Origin: Lama glama
Lineage: Eukaryota
Assembly: GCA_028534125.1 (NCBI GenBank)
Contig: CM052816.1
Coordinates: 64,234,001-64,298,000 of the forward strand
Length of the DNA: 64,000 bases
Reading direction: 5' to 3'
Shown piece after piece: positions 1 through 14,829 of this stretch. The first letter of the stretch is position 1; each line of letters begins with the position of its first letter. Under the pieces are notes generated by a model. That model ran no database searches and was not told where the DNA came from. It was given only the letters and a program-made list of their open reading frames with translations. The position numbers were made by a program, and so were the translations under genes.

Positions 1-30
1 ATTCATTTTTATGCAGAAGAATTAAACTTA

Positions 31-471
<441 letters not shown>

Positions 472-1094
472 TCAGATGCTGTGAAATATTTTAACTCTTT
501 AAAATGTGTAGTACTTGACAGCAGCAAGGAAAAAAATATGATGGCTTCTATTTTCAAGTAAAAACGTTCAGGCCACTCAAACCTCCCTACCCCTGCACCT
601 TAGAAGTAAAAAATAAATGGTATTCAACAGATACGCTGAAGTATTTTACACAGCCATATGAAAACACTTACTGCAGTACACCACCATCATACCTATATGT
701 ACAACACATCATACCTATACCTAGATCACAGCATTAATGAGCCACCATTAGTCTATTTCAAATCTGTGATACACCTAACAAAAATCCCCTATTTCAGTAG
801 TTTTCTTTCCCCCTCCCTATCTTTTAAAAAAAAAAATTTACACTAGGGTAGGCCAGCTTAGCTTTCTTCTTAACAAACTCCTCCTCTCCTTCCACCTTTA
901 TTCCAGGCAGTCCCACTAGCACATGCCCTAATACAGCAAGGTCTCTCACAGTGTGTGCCAGTGGAGCTGCAAAGCCCACAAAATCATATGCATACTACAG
1001 CTGAAGAGGCTCACAATGACTATTTTCTTTCACATCACAGAGAGCAAGCAGTATAGAGGTAAGGCTGTTAAACATGCTCACATGCACACATGGG

Positions 1095-1270
1095 TGCACA
1101 AAATCATCAAGTGGCAAGGGGCCTTAAAGGCCTTGTAGTTTCAACTTAGAACCACACAGGAATTCTCTACAACCTCCCTGACAGATGGCATTGGGCCTCT
1201 GCTTGTAAGGGTCCAGAGATGAGACACTCAACCCGCATAGGCAGCAATTCCCCCTAGACAGCTCCAGCTA
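1095..1270 (-). mobile_element. Ancient L3/CR1-like LINE fragment
   Basis: Degenerate 'aaggggccttaaaggccttgtagtttcaac...acaacctccctgacagatggca..gcctctgcttg' resembles the reverse complement of the L3/CR1 3' end; recalled consensus only. Confidence 0.45.
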
Positions 1271-4097
1271 CAGCTCACAGCCAGCTGAAAACCGCCTCCC
1301 ACCACCACTGACACCAGTCAGTCCTGTCCTGTTTGGACAGGGCCTCATTCCTTTTTCCTAAATGTAGGGGAAGGTCATCCTGAAGCTTTTTGGCACACCC
1401 ATTCAGTTCCATCTACCCTCTCTGAAAGCCACATGCAGAGGCCAGTGACAAACATTAATGGGAATCCCTTTGGAAACCTCCAGGCCACAGATGACCTCAG
1501 GATTTTGAGTGCCTGACAGAAACCTGAATGCTACAAATGTAATAAAGCCTCTGGCTCGCTCTCTCTCAGCCTTCCACTACCTATGATACTTGAATGCTGC
1601 AGAGATGTGACCTGAGGATGACAGCCAGATGATGCCTAGGGTTCACATGTGGGGCACCTGAACCCCACTTACAGTCTCCTCCGAGTGAGGAGTTCTTTCA
1701 GGCCAGGTTGTTGAAAGAAACATTATTTAACTTAGTAGAAATCTCTCAGAGTAATATAATTTTATCTTGACAGTACACACTCAGCAACACAGTAGAAAGA
1801 GAAAAGTGTTGTAATAATTTTTTTACGAAATTAATCAGTTTTAAAAGAACATCCTCTAAAATCAAGTTACTATTATTGATTCAAAATAAGAAATTTTGAG
1901 AAATGTAATATGATAACCTTTGGTTTTATTCCACAGACATTATCCCTGTTTTCTGAATGGATAGTCCAGTCTCCTCTATCTCTTTTCATCAAGAAGTTTT
2001 TTGGAAAACCACAATTAAAGAAAAGATACAAAGTGTAATCATATTTTAACATGTTTTAAATGTATTTTAATGAAGAAAAAAATCACATAAAAAGTAAATA
2101 TCCAAGAAAATTTCAGAAATGAGTAAGAGCAGTCTTGCCTTATTATATATACACCAGTATTCTAACGGCCTACAATAATTAAAAATCTATGGGACAGTTA
2201 CAGATTAAGACAAAAAAAAAATCAATGAATCATAAGAGGGCCCAGAAAGTTTCCAAGTATATTCTGTACATTTAGTGCAATGGGTCTCTTGTTTTCCACC
2301 GGTCACACATACATGTGTGTACGCAAAGAAACCAGTTATCACTGTAGGAAGATAGTTATCATAAATTAACGTTTTATAAAATTGATCTCTCTCAGCTTAA
2401 CACCATTACATATCTCCTTGCCCACCAAGTTAACATCTTTGTCTCTCTATGAAAGCGATATTGGAGAATTTCTCCAGTCACAGGCAAAACTAAAACAACT
2501 GAGGACCCAAAAGAGTTAGACTAGTTAGTACTTAAATAGTCTGTAAGGGTATAATAGAACATGTGCTTCAAAAGAGGTTAATGTAACTATCAAAGAAGTG
2601 GCCTTTAGGAAAACTGATGAATCTCTCAAATAGTTTTTCAAAAATGACTTTCTCCATTCATATGAGCTATACAGGTCAGAAGTAAAGTAAAGTGAATCCT
2701 GATTCATGCAATTATGCTGAGGGAAAAATCCTATACATACTATCCAATTTCATTATATTGACTATTTACTACTCTCATAACATTTTTTAAAAAGCAAACT
2801 TTAAAATACTGTGACCTCCAAAACAATGTAATTCAAGGGATGTATGAGGGCACAAAACACACACACACGTATTACAAAGTACACTTTATTAATCTGTTAT
2901 CATCAAAGCTTTAGGTGTTTCATGAATGTTCATTTTCCAAATAATTCTAGATTATCTTCCAAGTAACCAAACTCCTTTTAAAATTCCAACCATTTTTGGT
3001 GCAAGTATTTCTAAATGTAGGTTCTACCTGCCACCCTAATCAGCTGACCACTTAGGGTGTTACCAAGTGAGTGGGGCAGCACTCCCCTGTAACTGCAGGT
3101 GGCAGTATTTTAAAAATGGGCTCTTTATGTTACTTTTTTTCTCCACTATCGGCTATTACAATGAATTCTCTCCTATATTGCTAGCGTTTTTCATAGAAAA
3201 TTCTCTGCCCTCAGATCAGCTGCACCTTTTGTTTGACTAGCTTTGTGGCAGCTATCTGACACTCAGAGGCCTATTTGGGTTTTTCCCCCATCTTCTAGGT
3301 TGGAATGACTGATGTTGCTAGAGGTGAGAGGCTTTACTTGAGATACAAGAAAGTAGCACTCACACATAAGAGGACAGCAGGTAAATTACTTTTTAAGACA
3401 ACGTACTACTGAGGCAATACATAGGAATTTCATCAAGCCTCACCTCAGAGTTGTCTGGTCGTGTATTTTGGCTTCACCAATTTGAGAAAACGTCTTTGAA
3501 ATTCCACCAACTCACTCTCTGGATCCTAAATCATGCCAGAGCACCCACAGGTGAAGCAGGGAGAATATTCCTCCCTCAAAGATTCTTAGAGGGCTACAAG
3601 TCATTCTTCCCTCCCTCCCTCTCCCCAACCCCTGATGGTCTTATGTCTTAGGTACTGGGTGACCTGAAATAAAATAATGTTCCTGAGAATGGATTTTGCC
3701 TTTCTGGAGTTCTGACAATCCCAAATGACCAGCTGTTTTAGGCATGTAAATGCAAAATCTCCTTCTGGGATAGTCAGCTGTTCTATGCGACAGAATTGAC
3801 AACACAAAAAGGGTAATCCTGCAGTCTGTGGTAAAACATGGATAATTAACTGTTTTATTTTCAAAGAGCTAAAACTGAAAAAATTACATAAACCTTTTTC
3901 ATAAATATATTCATTTGACTTTATAAAAATGTATCACAGACAGTTAATCCCGTGAGAGCAAATCTCACAGGTAGTTAAATTGTTTTGTCATCATGCCACC
4001 ATGGAGCCTAATATAACATTAGCATCCACATTCTCAATCTGCAGGAACTGAAGAAAAACTAAGCAAATACCAAGGTATAGAGTTATATAGGTCTTGA

Positions 4098-4288
4098 TAA
4101 CAGACTTTGGTTCAGATCAGGTTCTGTCCACTTAAATACTGTGTGACACACTTCAGTTTAACCTCTCTGAGACTTGCTCTATTCAAGTGCAAAATTTAGC
4201 TAGAAATACCTCGTAGGGTTGTTTTGGGGATTAAAATGGAATAACATATGTAAAGCACCTGGCACATAGTAAAAGTGCTCATTAAATT
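4098..4288 (+). mobile_element. MIR SINE
   Basis: MIR core 'ctgtgtgac...tttaacctctctgag' and tail 'gggttgttttggggattaaaatggaataacatatgtaaagcacctggcacatagta..gctcattaaa'. Confidence 0.85.
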
Positions 4289-4534
4289 TTATTTCCCTTT
4301 CCTTCCCTTCCCAGCTGGAGAAACAGGGGAGGGGTGCTGGATACATTCCCTTCATCCGTAACACTTTTTTGTCTATGCTACTGGAATCTTGGAGGAGAAG
4401 GGGAGTCTCACTCTGAAGTGGACTGAAAAATAAGCATGAAAGTGTTACTTTCATACACAAACAAAACCAGGAAATTTTAAGGGAGAGGTTTTTTTTTTTT
4501 AAGTAACCATAGATATTTCTAAAATGTTATAATG

Positions 4535-4608
4535 CAATGATTCTCAAAGCAGGGACAGCCATAGGTCCCCAGGAGCATTTCAGGGGAGTCCACAAGGCCA
4601 AAACTTTA
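4535..4608. mobile_element. hAT-Charlie-like DNA transposon end fragment
   Basis: 'caatgattctcaaagc...ttcaggggagtccacaaggccaaaact' resembles a Charlie terminus. Confidence 0.4.
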
Positions 4609-7224
4609 AGTTTTGCACTTAGATCTTACAGTAGGGTCAGCAGTTAATAAGACAGCAGAAAGGGGGGCAAATTTATCACATAGGAAAACATAATCAAATC
4701 GCTTACATTAATTTCACATTAAGGAGGATTAATTAAGCTTTCCAGAAAGCAAAAATTTAATTCTTCACTGATATTCTAAAACAAGCTTTCCTTGAAAGCT
4801 GATTTTCCATATCTAAGGTGAGATTTTAGCTACATTTTAAAGGTGACAAGGAGACCCATGATACCAGACTGGAAAGACAACTGTTTTAAAATATACAAAG
4901 AATTTCTAAAGGTTGGCTGTTTTCTACATATATGTATATGTACTCAGTTAACTGAAAAATGGTTACAAACTGAAAACATTAGAAATTGTCTAAGCTACAT
5001 TAAATTGGTACACATGAAATAAATATACACTAAAAGCTACTGCTTTCAGAACACATTGTTTTCATAAAAATATGCACCCTGTGCATGAGGTGCTCAAGTA
5101 ACATATTCTTTGTTGAAAAAGAATTTAACAGAAGCACTGGTGTAGTACTTACACAAATACATCTTTCACCCTTTTCCTATATAAAAAGAACCCCTGGGGA
5201 AATTAAAGGCAGAAACCAAAGCAATGTAATGTTATGGCTGAAAGGATGGTAAGGGTTGTAAGAGGTTTCTTGTATGTTTTTGAAGTTAAGTCGAAAAATG
5301 CAAGTGTTAACATTTAACACTCTCATAACAAAGTATTCATTGGTTAACTAAACCCACTGCATGAGCTAATCGTTTAGTAACTAATACCTGACTATGTGTC
5401 CCTGGTAAAATGTATGAGTTAATCATTGCCCTCCAAAACCCAACTTTTACCTTTCCAAACTCGGAGAACTACTGCACACAATCCAAAATGCCACATGGCA
5501 ATTATCAATTCTAAAAACTAAAAGTTTTAATTCAAATCAAGCACAATTTCCAGATCGGCAGTATAGACCCAGTAAGGGCCCAAGACAGAGGCAATAAACT
5601 CAACTCAAAACCCAGCTTATCTAAAATATGATATTCCTTCTTCAACTACATAATTTTCTCAAAGGGAAATCCTGAATTAAAAAGACTGCATCCTATGAGC
5701 TGGCTAATTAAATCCTCTAGCCCTAATTTCTAATACCAACCTGAAATAGCTTATAGAAAGACATTAGGAGATTTTGCCAGCGTGATCACTAATGAAGCAG
5801 TTTCTGTCTTTCAGAAAAATTATTTTTTAAAGGAAAAGCTTTATTTTGTGGTCCACCTTAAAAATGCCTATTTGGAATAAAGTCGCTCCTACACTTCATT
5901 AATATTTGAGAGAAAGACAATGGCAAATTAATGCAAAGACCAGACTGTAAAGCAAAGCACACCATATAAACAACATAAAAATTTACGGAGCATGCACTGG
6001 ATGGGCCAACCAAGAGTTCCCAGAGGCATTCTGTTCAGTAGCGCTTTTGTCTTCCTGTTAATGTAGATTCTCGCACCACTTCATACAAAGATCCATATGA
6101 TCAGAATAACTGTGTTAGATATGAACGCATGCATTAGTTACTTAAAATTATTTCTGAACAAAAGAACTGCCACTTACGCACTAATTTAACCATTTATAAT
6201 GGACACCTGGAAGGAGCTGAGTTTAAGGGAAATGTGTTGGATTAAAAAAATATATATCACATCATTCCATGTCATCCTCCAATCCTGAGGTACATAAGGG
6301 TTTCCCCACCACCACCAAGTAATTTTCCAGAATGTATTTCTGTATTTTAACATGCATATTTGAGGGAAACAACCATTGCCCAGCCCCAAATTCTGGGTGG
6401 GCAGCCAGGAAGGGTGATAAACAAATTAGGTAGAATTTGAGTTATTTGCACAACTATAAAGCCACAAAATGCTTAGGAATTTAAATTATTTGCCCCAATT
6501 TTTACATTCCACTTTCTCTAATGCCAACATTCTCTAATATAAGCAAAGCAGCTCCAGACTTCCACCCTTAAGGAGCAGATCAGCTAGGCTCCCAGGCCCC
6601 ATCTGCACAACCCCCAATGATGCCCCCACAATTCAGTGCTCCCCACCACCCCTCCCTCAACATGGCCTCTCACCTGGGTCCACAACTTCTGAAATGCAGA
6701 TGAAGTTTACTAGAGCCCTTTAGTGTCCAAACATCAACTCCTAGCACCTCTACACACCTTTGTCTTACTTCCCCTAAATGGGGGAGGGGACAGAAGGTCC
6801 TTTTACCCGTTTATTTCCTGCTGTTACTCACAGCAAAACCACCTTCAGAAATGCTTTAGGAGCTGAGGTGAAGGACAAACTCTGGAAACTAATTCTGCTT
6901 ACCAGAGACAAGAAGTAAGGAAGAAAGCAGTGCTCAGACCCCAGAAGGGGGAATGCAGGCCTCAGTAGTCAAATTCCTCCACCCACACCCTGAAGCTCTG
7001 GCTTGACCCCTCAACTTTAAACTTAACTAAAACTATCTCTAAGAGTTCACCTCTCTGTCATACTTAAGAGTTAAGCTGGAAGCAGAGGACTTCAACATCC
7101 ACTGAGACACAGGTCTTTAGCACCCGTGTCACGGAAGACTGTCTTGAAGGAAACATTCAAAAAGCATTTGTTAGATGGAAGAACGCACAAACCCCCTCCC
7201 ACTCCTGGTATGTGGAACATACAG

Positions 7225-7345
7225 CTCTGTGCTTCACAAACTGGAATGTGCATCAGAATCACCTGAAGGGCTTGCTATACCACAGATTGCTGGGCCCCAC
7301 CCCTGATCCCAGGTGGTAATGCTGCTGCTGGTACAGGGACCGCTG
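7225..7345. mobile_element. MER5A-like hAT-Charlie MITE, internally deleted
   Basis: 'gtgcatcagaatcacctgaagggcttg...cacagattgctgggccccaccc...ccaggtggtaatgctgctgctggtacagggacc' is characteristic of MER5A. Confidence 0.85.
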
Positions 7346-7924
7346 ACCTAGATGATTAGAATTCAGCCTATAGGAGGATTTTCTAGTAAAAATACACTTA
7401 AGTAAACATAGTAAATAAAACAGTAAAGAATATATAACTTGCAATATTAAAAATGTATACCATTTCTAGCTTATCATGTAATCTAAATGCTCCCCATTCC
7501 AAGAAGTCAAGTATGAGATATTAAACTGGTCTAAGCATTAAGAAAAATACATGAAAAAATTTACATTAACAAAAATGTATTACTATCATAATTGTTAAAA
7601 CTTACAGCTATACCATCCTATTTTAAGTAAAACCTTCATTAAAAATATAAATTAAATTTTAAAATGATCAGAGTATTTACTTTTACAGAGATTGTTTTCC
7701 AATGTCCTATGGGATTCTTCATAATTGAGGATTCTCTGTGTATTCAAAACAATCCAGTTAATGAAAAAAAAATTGGTAACTATTTTAGTAACACACTTGT
7801 TGCCTAAAGCAAAATGTACCCTATATGAGAAAGTCAGAGGCAACAGAATATGCAGGAGAACACGATGTAAGGTAGACTTTGAGAGAGAATTAAAACTTTC
7901 TAAAATAAAATCCATTTTCCTCTA

Positions 7925-8050
7925 ATGCCAGTCCATCTCAGTTAAATAACCTTAGGCAAGTAACCTGGCCTTGACTTTTCTCACCTGTAAAAGGGATTAA
8001 TAATACCTATCTTGCAGGACTGCTGCAAGAACTGACAATGTACATAAACC
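7925..8050 (+). mobile_element. MIR SINE fragment
   Basis: 'accttaggcaagtaacct...tttctcacctgtaaaagggattaataatacctatcttgcaggactgctg'. Confidence 0.75.
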
Positions 8051-10237
8051 ACCACAAAGATTCCCTGTATGGAATGCCTGCTTGCATCATTACTGTAATA
8101 GAAAAGACACATGCTCTTGGAAGCGGGGCATTTCCAACATGTGCACTAAAACTCTTGTCTGTCAGTGCAAGTGCACATGCTGTTGTAAATGCCAAGCTCC
8201 CAGGAGCACACTGGCATTTCTATTACAATAACAGAAAAGGGTTTGCTGTTGTTGTAGTAATTCTATTCTAATATATTCATACTTCCAAACTAATGGAAAT
8301 GCTATCATTAAAAAAAATTTATTCCCATTTTACAAAGCATTCTTAAAATGTGATTTGATTCCAAATGGAAGAGAAAGTCGGGAGGACTTTGAAGACTTAA
8401 TTTTGTCTCAAATAACTTCTAATTTCCCTAAGTAACAGTAATGTTTCACTCCAAATTTTGATGCTCTCTCTACTAGAATGTAAAACACTTTTTAAATCCC
8501 TAATGTTTGCCTTCCATGTCAAGGTATATAGAAATTATTTTTACAGCTCAAGTCCATCTTGTCACTGAGTTGGAGACTGAAAGTTAGATGCAATAGTAAG
8601 CAACTTGCAGTTCTTGTTGTGGAAGAAAAAGTAACCATAGCTTTTCGTTTCGATAATTTATGGCCGTCTCTCAAGCAGAGTGAAGTCAGAGCTCCTGCTC
8701 TCCATGAAGAGTCTCAAGGAACACTAGCTCTGCCAGGGCTGTACGTATGTTATTTCCCTATCTGTGGAGATCCAGCTGCTACATGTATATGTCTTAAGAA
8801 TAGTGAGGTAGATGTACTGATACTTTGGCTAAGAGGTACATTTTTTCCCTAAATACACAGTGATAAAACAGAAGCAAAGAGACAGGTTGTTTGTTGAAAA
8901 TGTAGGTGAAACTTACTGAAACACTCTCCTTTATATCTCAGAGCAGTGGGATTACAGATGATTTTTTTTATCTTCCTTGTTTTGGTTGATGGAGGGGAAG
9001 TGTGTTTTTCTAAGATTTCTACAATGAACACAAATTACTTATAAGAATAAAATGTGCTTTGGCTAAAATTTAAAAAGTGCTCAAAGTCTTCCCGAGTAAA
9101 GAACTTGCCACATAAATGATGTCCAGCACATGTTCTGGGAGCCTGGCAATGACCACACACCAAGTTCAAACACTGATGGTCATCAATGCAGCTCTGCCCT
9201 GCTGACTGACCCAGCCTACTTTGGCAACAGGACACTCCTAGGCTCTGCTTAACCCATGGATGCTCAGTCTTCCTTTGGCTCAACCACAGTCCAGAGAAGA
9301 TGGATTACAGCACTCAAGTAAGACAAGGCAGAGAGAGATTTGGCCCCTGGCTCTAATTTCAGCCATTATCTAATGTTAGTCCCATGGGCAAGATACTTAT
9401 TAATATCTATTTCTTGTTCTCTCTTCTTTTTTCATGTATTAAAGGGAACAGATTATATTAGGTAACTTCTAAAAAATTATGTAGTTAGGCAGCAGTAATG
9501 GAGAGCTACCCATGACAAGATCAAAGATGGCAGTTGCCACACTCACTCACACAGGACCTTTGACCTGCCCTGGAATTGAAGTAATGGTCTTCTCAAAGGA
9601 CCTAAAAGCTATGGCTCAGGTAAAGGGAGAGAAAAAGGATGGACACTGATACAGCTGTAGTCACTTATGTGTCACTGGTACGTGAGAAGAATTTTTTAAA
9701 GCTTTGAAATTCAACATAGAAGTATGTAAACGTTTAATTTTTATCTACACAATTTTTAGCCATCTGCCTAAAACTGAGATTCTTAAAGTGTATCTTTTTG
9801 TTGTGTTTTATATCTAAAATCTAAATCTAATCTTAAAAAAACTCAAATTGCACACATATAGGTGAATTTATCTACACAAAATGTATAAAATACAGAGAAT
9901 AATATAGAAACATAAAAGGAAGTCCATTAAAAACAAAATGAAACAAGTGGATCAGTTCATATTGTCCGCCCTGCCTTTACCACCTAAATGGCTGTATTCT
10001 TTCTTTTACTGTCCATTAAATATTATGAACAAGAGTGGCTAAACCGAGCAACAACCACTTCCCTAAAACTAATGCCTTAACTTGGTAGAAGGCAATGTAC
10101 AGGTCTCTACGGGAAGCATCCATGAATAACACAAGGGTTCTAGTTCTGAGAAGTCACTGGATTACTGGGCAGTTAATGGTTAAGAAGTCAGATCATAGGT
10201 ATATTCAGAAATAAGAAGGAGAACAGTACAAATCTCC

Positions 10238-10435
10238 ATTTCCCAAATGTTCTATGTATGTTAATAGGTATTCTTTGAAAGGGCGGTAGGTGGGGGGTGG
10301 GTATGGTTTCTATAGTCAAATAAGTTTAGATTAAGCTGCATCCAGTACGACCCTTTTGGAGACTCAGAATACACATCAGAATGATAACAGCTCTAAGAAC
10401 TCATACAGTAAAGGGACTCCCGTTGAACTTTACTT
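10238..10435. mobile_element. hAT-Charlie-type MER fragment (subfamily not assigned)
   Basis: 'tttcccaaatgttc...gtcaaataagtttag...ttggagactcagaatacacatcag...gctctaagaactcatacagtaaag' resembles ancient Charlie-derived MERs. Confidence 0.5.
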
Positions 10436-11094
10436 ACTAGAACTTTAAAGGAGAATGGTAGTATTAGGTCTAGAACAGCTAAAGGAAATGAGAAAGACAG
10501 TCAAGACGAGCTGTAGGGTTGCTAAACAGAACTAAAGACTCAACTGAGAATTTAGAAATCAGATATCAGCATGGACCAACAGACAGGATTTTTGTTACTC
10601 TTCTCCAGGAGTTTAAGCCCACCTGCACATGTGTAGGTAAAAGCTGGAGATGCCTCAATGTCAACATCCCCCATCTACCATTAAGGAATCAATTGTTGAT
10701 TGGGAAAAGTTAACCTGGTGTTGAAAGCTGATCCTCTTAAAATGCAATGCAAAAGAAAATACACCAGTGTTGTTTTCATTTGCATCACAATCATAATTAA
10801 AAGTTCATCTGGTAGTCTCTAAACTAGAAATATCTATTAATATATGATTAATCAGATTGCTAGACACTCCTTCCCTATAATAGTCAAAAAAGTGTTTACA
10901 ATATTTTACCTCCAGATTCTCAAAACATGAGTGGCAAAGCTCAAATAGTTCTTTGAGAGAGGACATAAGGAAGTCTAACATGCAAATCCTGCATTAGAGT
11001 TTATTCCATAAATCAAAGAGAACGAAACAGTACACGATGAAGAAACAGTACACAATGATGAAGGCAGGACTGATAAGATCCTGGTGGCACTTAA

Positions 11095-11170
11095 CAAGTA
11101 TCTAGAACAGTGCCTGGCATATAACATATGCTCAATATTTATTAAGTGAGCAAATAAATTAATGAATGAC
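11095..11170 (+). mobile_element. L2 3' end
   Basis: 'tctagaacagtgcctggcatataacatatgctcaatatttattaagtga...aatgaatga'. Confidence 0.75.
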
Positions 11171-11859
11171 AAAGTAAAAATTTTATTTAGTAAAGAGGTT
11201 AAATAAAATCTGAATACCAACTCTCTTTATCATGAATCTGAAGCTGCAAGAATCCAGAGTCTGAAAAATGATCTTTGTGCATTATCCAGGAAGCATATGT
11301 GAAGGAGTAGTGAGAACTAAATGCTTATTGTAGATAAAAACTCTGTTTAAGTGTGATTTTTTTCAAAATCTCACAAAAGTGCCACTAATAATGTATATAC
11401 AATACTTTAAACAGCAATTTGGTTTTAATTATTTCTTCTGAAAGCAAAGTATTTAAAATGTAAATAAACAAATATATTCCATTTTAGTCTAAGAGAGCAT
11501 TTCTATTGGATGGTGATGGTAACATTATAGAAAGAATCAGAAAAATGTGCAGGTATTGACCCAGGATTCTAACCATTTTTCAGTTCAATATCAAGTAATT
11601 AAGTAAAGCTATTTATGAATAATGATGAACTGATGTTACCAAACTTCAGGATTTAAAAAAATATTTTAAATAATTTAAAATAGGTAAGAGAACTTCTGTG
11701 CCAAATTTGGGACTATGTTCATTTTAAACAAGAAATATAAACCCAAATGGCTTCAAATATGAAAGAGTGCTAATTAAGTAGCAATTATATATGTAGTGGC
11801 TTAGTGTGTGTTTCAGAATCAAAATAATGTGCCTGAGGATTGTCAATATAATGGAATGA

Positions 11860-11976
11860 GAACTGACCTGGGAAAGAGACTTGAGTTTTTATCCCAGCTC
11901 TGCTATTAATTAGCTGTTTGACCTTGAGTCTTTGGCTTCATTTTCATGTGTGCAAAAAGAGGCTGAAGGACTAGAT
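11860..11976 (+). mobile_element. MIR (MIRc/MIR3-like) fragment
   Basis: 'gagacttgagtttttatcccagctctgctattaattagctgtttgaccttgag...ggactagat'. Confidence 0.7.
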
Positions 11977-12142
11977 CAGTGGTCCCTTACTTTCTTTAAG
12001 GGGGAAGGAAGCAGGCACAGACCCCTTGACAATCTGAAAAGGGGCAACAGATGCTCCCCCTAAATATGCACAAAATTACGCAGAATATTTCAGAGTCCAG
12101 CATCTGTAATCTATTTCTTTATTTAGGTTAAGGATATCCTTC
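11977..12142. mobile_element. MER117-like hAT-Charlie MITE
   Basis: 'cagtggtccct...cacagaccccttgacaatctgaaa...atgcacaaaatt...aggttaaggatatcct', flanked by ctaga-like target sites. Confidence 0.5.
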
Positions 12143-14704
12143 TAGATCTCCCCACAGACCCTCAAACTTGAAACATTTTACATTCTAATTAAGTTAAAAA
12201 CAATCAAAATATATACGCTCACATTCAAATTACAGGATGAAAACCTAGACTTTGCCTCAAATTATTGTTTTCTTTGGTTTATAAAAGACTTTCAAGGACT
12301 TTTTAAAAAGAATTTAATGTACTTAAAAGATATATTAGGTTTATCTTTAAAAATTTTAGAGGCAACTGGAATACCTATCCAAGTATCCACATATTTGGAG
12401 GTAACCATACTTACCCAAGTTCAAGAGACTACATGATCCATTCTTGAGAATAGAGGACTTATAGCCCACATAATACTGGGCACCAGATGATGAAACAAGA
12501 ATAATTCTAGAACAGGTTTTTAATGGGAATTCAAGGGGAATAAATGATGAGAAATGACTGGCATCATGTATATGACCCAATGACTGACTACTACTCTATT
12601 TCATCATAAAACTAACATATGTATTAAATGCAGATAAAAATACAACAACATAAGAGACCAGTCAAAAGATACTTCTTTAATCAGAATTGTTATGTTTATA
12701 AAAAGCTGCTTTAATTGCCTGAAATACAAATATATTGGCTATATAGTCAAGGAAAATTCCACAATTTAAAGCAAAAACTAAAAACCTGAGAAATGAACTG
12801 TGTGGCTAGTTTTCCAACTTTGGAATTTTGAGGAAAAAAGCATGTGGCCATAAATTTATAAGTCAAGCACATTAGCTTAACAAATGTTTCATAATTTCTC
12901 TGGCCGAACATGAATCCCACTACTTAAGACTGAAATAAACATGCCTCTTCTCTCTTATTTAAAAGGGTAGTCAGAAATTGTAAATTTTACATCCCCAACA
13001 GAGTCTCATCCCCAACAGAGACTTATCACCCTACTTCAGAAAAACCTATAAATGTTAGGATTCTAAAACACGGTAGAGAGGGAGTATGACAAGATAAATG
13101 ACAGCCACTGTAGTATCTTTTACTGATCCAACTGGTCTTTCTCTTTTCTCTCCTTCTCCTAGCATACGTTCTTCCAAATTCTTCCTCCACTTTCCACCTT
13201 TGCTAAACACATTTGTACTTTGCCTTATTCCCTTATCCTTCACTCCACTACCAAAATTACCTTTATATACATACGCACAGCAGGAGGAAAAGACTAAGAG
13301 AATTTTTCCTGTGGCAGCTGTAATAGTTGCGAGCAACTCCAAACTCCACCCAGACCATTTATAAACTAACTGGGGACATCTGCAGTTACTCTGAGCTAAG
13401 AATGAAGTTTTTTTTCTTAGGGGGACAGCTCTACAGGTCTAATAGGAGGAGCACAAGTCTAAGTTTACAAACTTTTTTTTTTTTGTCAAAATTCAGCATT
13501 TTGTTGACCAAAAAGGTAAAAAGTCTAGGCAAGCCAGAGAAATGCCTTAAATATTTTCTTAAAAAAATAAGGAATCTCACACTTCATTCTCTTTGATGAT
13601 TCTTCCTCAAATTTTATTTTTCTCTAAACAAATACATGAAAATTACAGTTATACATTCTCTTTGAGAAGACCTCTGATAGATAAATTTTTCTGTGAAATT
13701 AAATTATCCTGGTATAACAATGACAGCCATGCTAATGATATAACTTTAAAGGGAGAAAATCAGAAGTGAAAGGTCGATACCTTAAGGGAAGACTAAGCTG
13801 GCATAATCAGATTAAATGAGGATCTGATTTCAAAAGCATGACTTTACAAAAACTGCAGTATGGTATGCTCAAAAGCTTCTGGCTCTTAATGATTCTTAAG
13901 AACAAAAGAATCAGCCTGAAAAACTGACAGAAGATTTATATATGAAACCAGCATGTTCATTTTAACAGATCCATGAAATCAAACTTTCAAAAATGTATCA
14001 ACACTTCCCTAGCTTCCTAAACAGTATCAAAAAACCTAATATAACACTTGCTTGAGACTCAAGGTTATCATCATGAACATTTACTGCAATGCCCTTAACA
14101 GCCTCAACTCAGCCAGGCTATTGCCCTTTAGCTAAAGAGCTCCTGCCCTGCCCTGCTGGCCGAGTACCTGGTCTGCTTTTTTCTCTCTCCTTCCATGCAG
14201 AAGTCAGATGCTCCTTCTCATACTGACACTTTGCTTAATAGTTGCATCCCCTCTATTTCTTCTAAAATTCTGGTTTACATCTTCTAGGACTTTGGAAACT
14301 ACATAACCATCATTTTCAGAGCTGCGGAAAATAAGAGTAAATGAGATCTGAGCACAGGCCTGAGGTTTTCTTCTATGAGTTAAGTGCTTATGCTTAAGTC
14401 TGGGGCTATTGGTGGATTTAGCTTGACAGCTTCATGAGCTCTTCTTTTGTCCCTGATTCATTGTTCTCAATTATAACTCAGATACATATTTTCAAGTTTT
14501 CCACAGAAGTGCCATGAACTCAAAAATATAAATTCTAAAATTATTTCTGATTACTAGAAATATGTGATGTGGTAACACATCTGATTAATAACTACTGCCA
14601 ATATTAAACATGAAAAGAGTTAATTTTTCTACCTGTCACCATATAAATCTCACTTTTCTCTCTGACGTTAAAAAAAATGACTTTAAAGATATGTAAGTCT
14701 ATAA

Positions 14705-14776
14705 AATTGTGCTCTACAGTGGAATTTGATACAACATTGTAAAATGATTATAAATCAATAAAAAATATTTTTAAAA
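14705..14776 (+). mobile_element. Young, extremely 5'-truncated L1 (last ~70 bp of 3' UTR) with 20-bp TSD
   Basis: Insert 'aattgtgctctacagtggaatttgatacaacattgtaaaatgattataaatcaataaaaa' lies between aaagatatgtaagtctataa (14685-14704) and aaagttatgtaagtctataa (14777-14796), 1 mismatch. The target begins at ttt|aaag, an L1 endonuclease-like site. Confidence 0.9.
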
Positions 14777-14829
14777 AAAGTTATGTAAGTCTATAACATA
14801 GGAAAGCGTTATGTTTTTTCAAGAAAAAG

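Noticed and set aside
11023..11062. Short tandem duplications (also ~12990-13020, 29953-29980, ~41609-41653, ~43368-43390, ~46170-46192)
   Set aside because: Ordinary replication-slippage duplications with no further structure.
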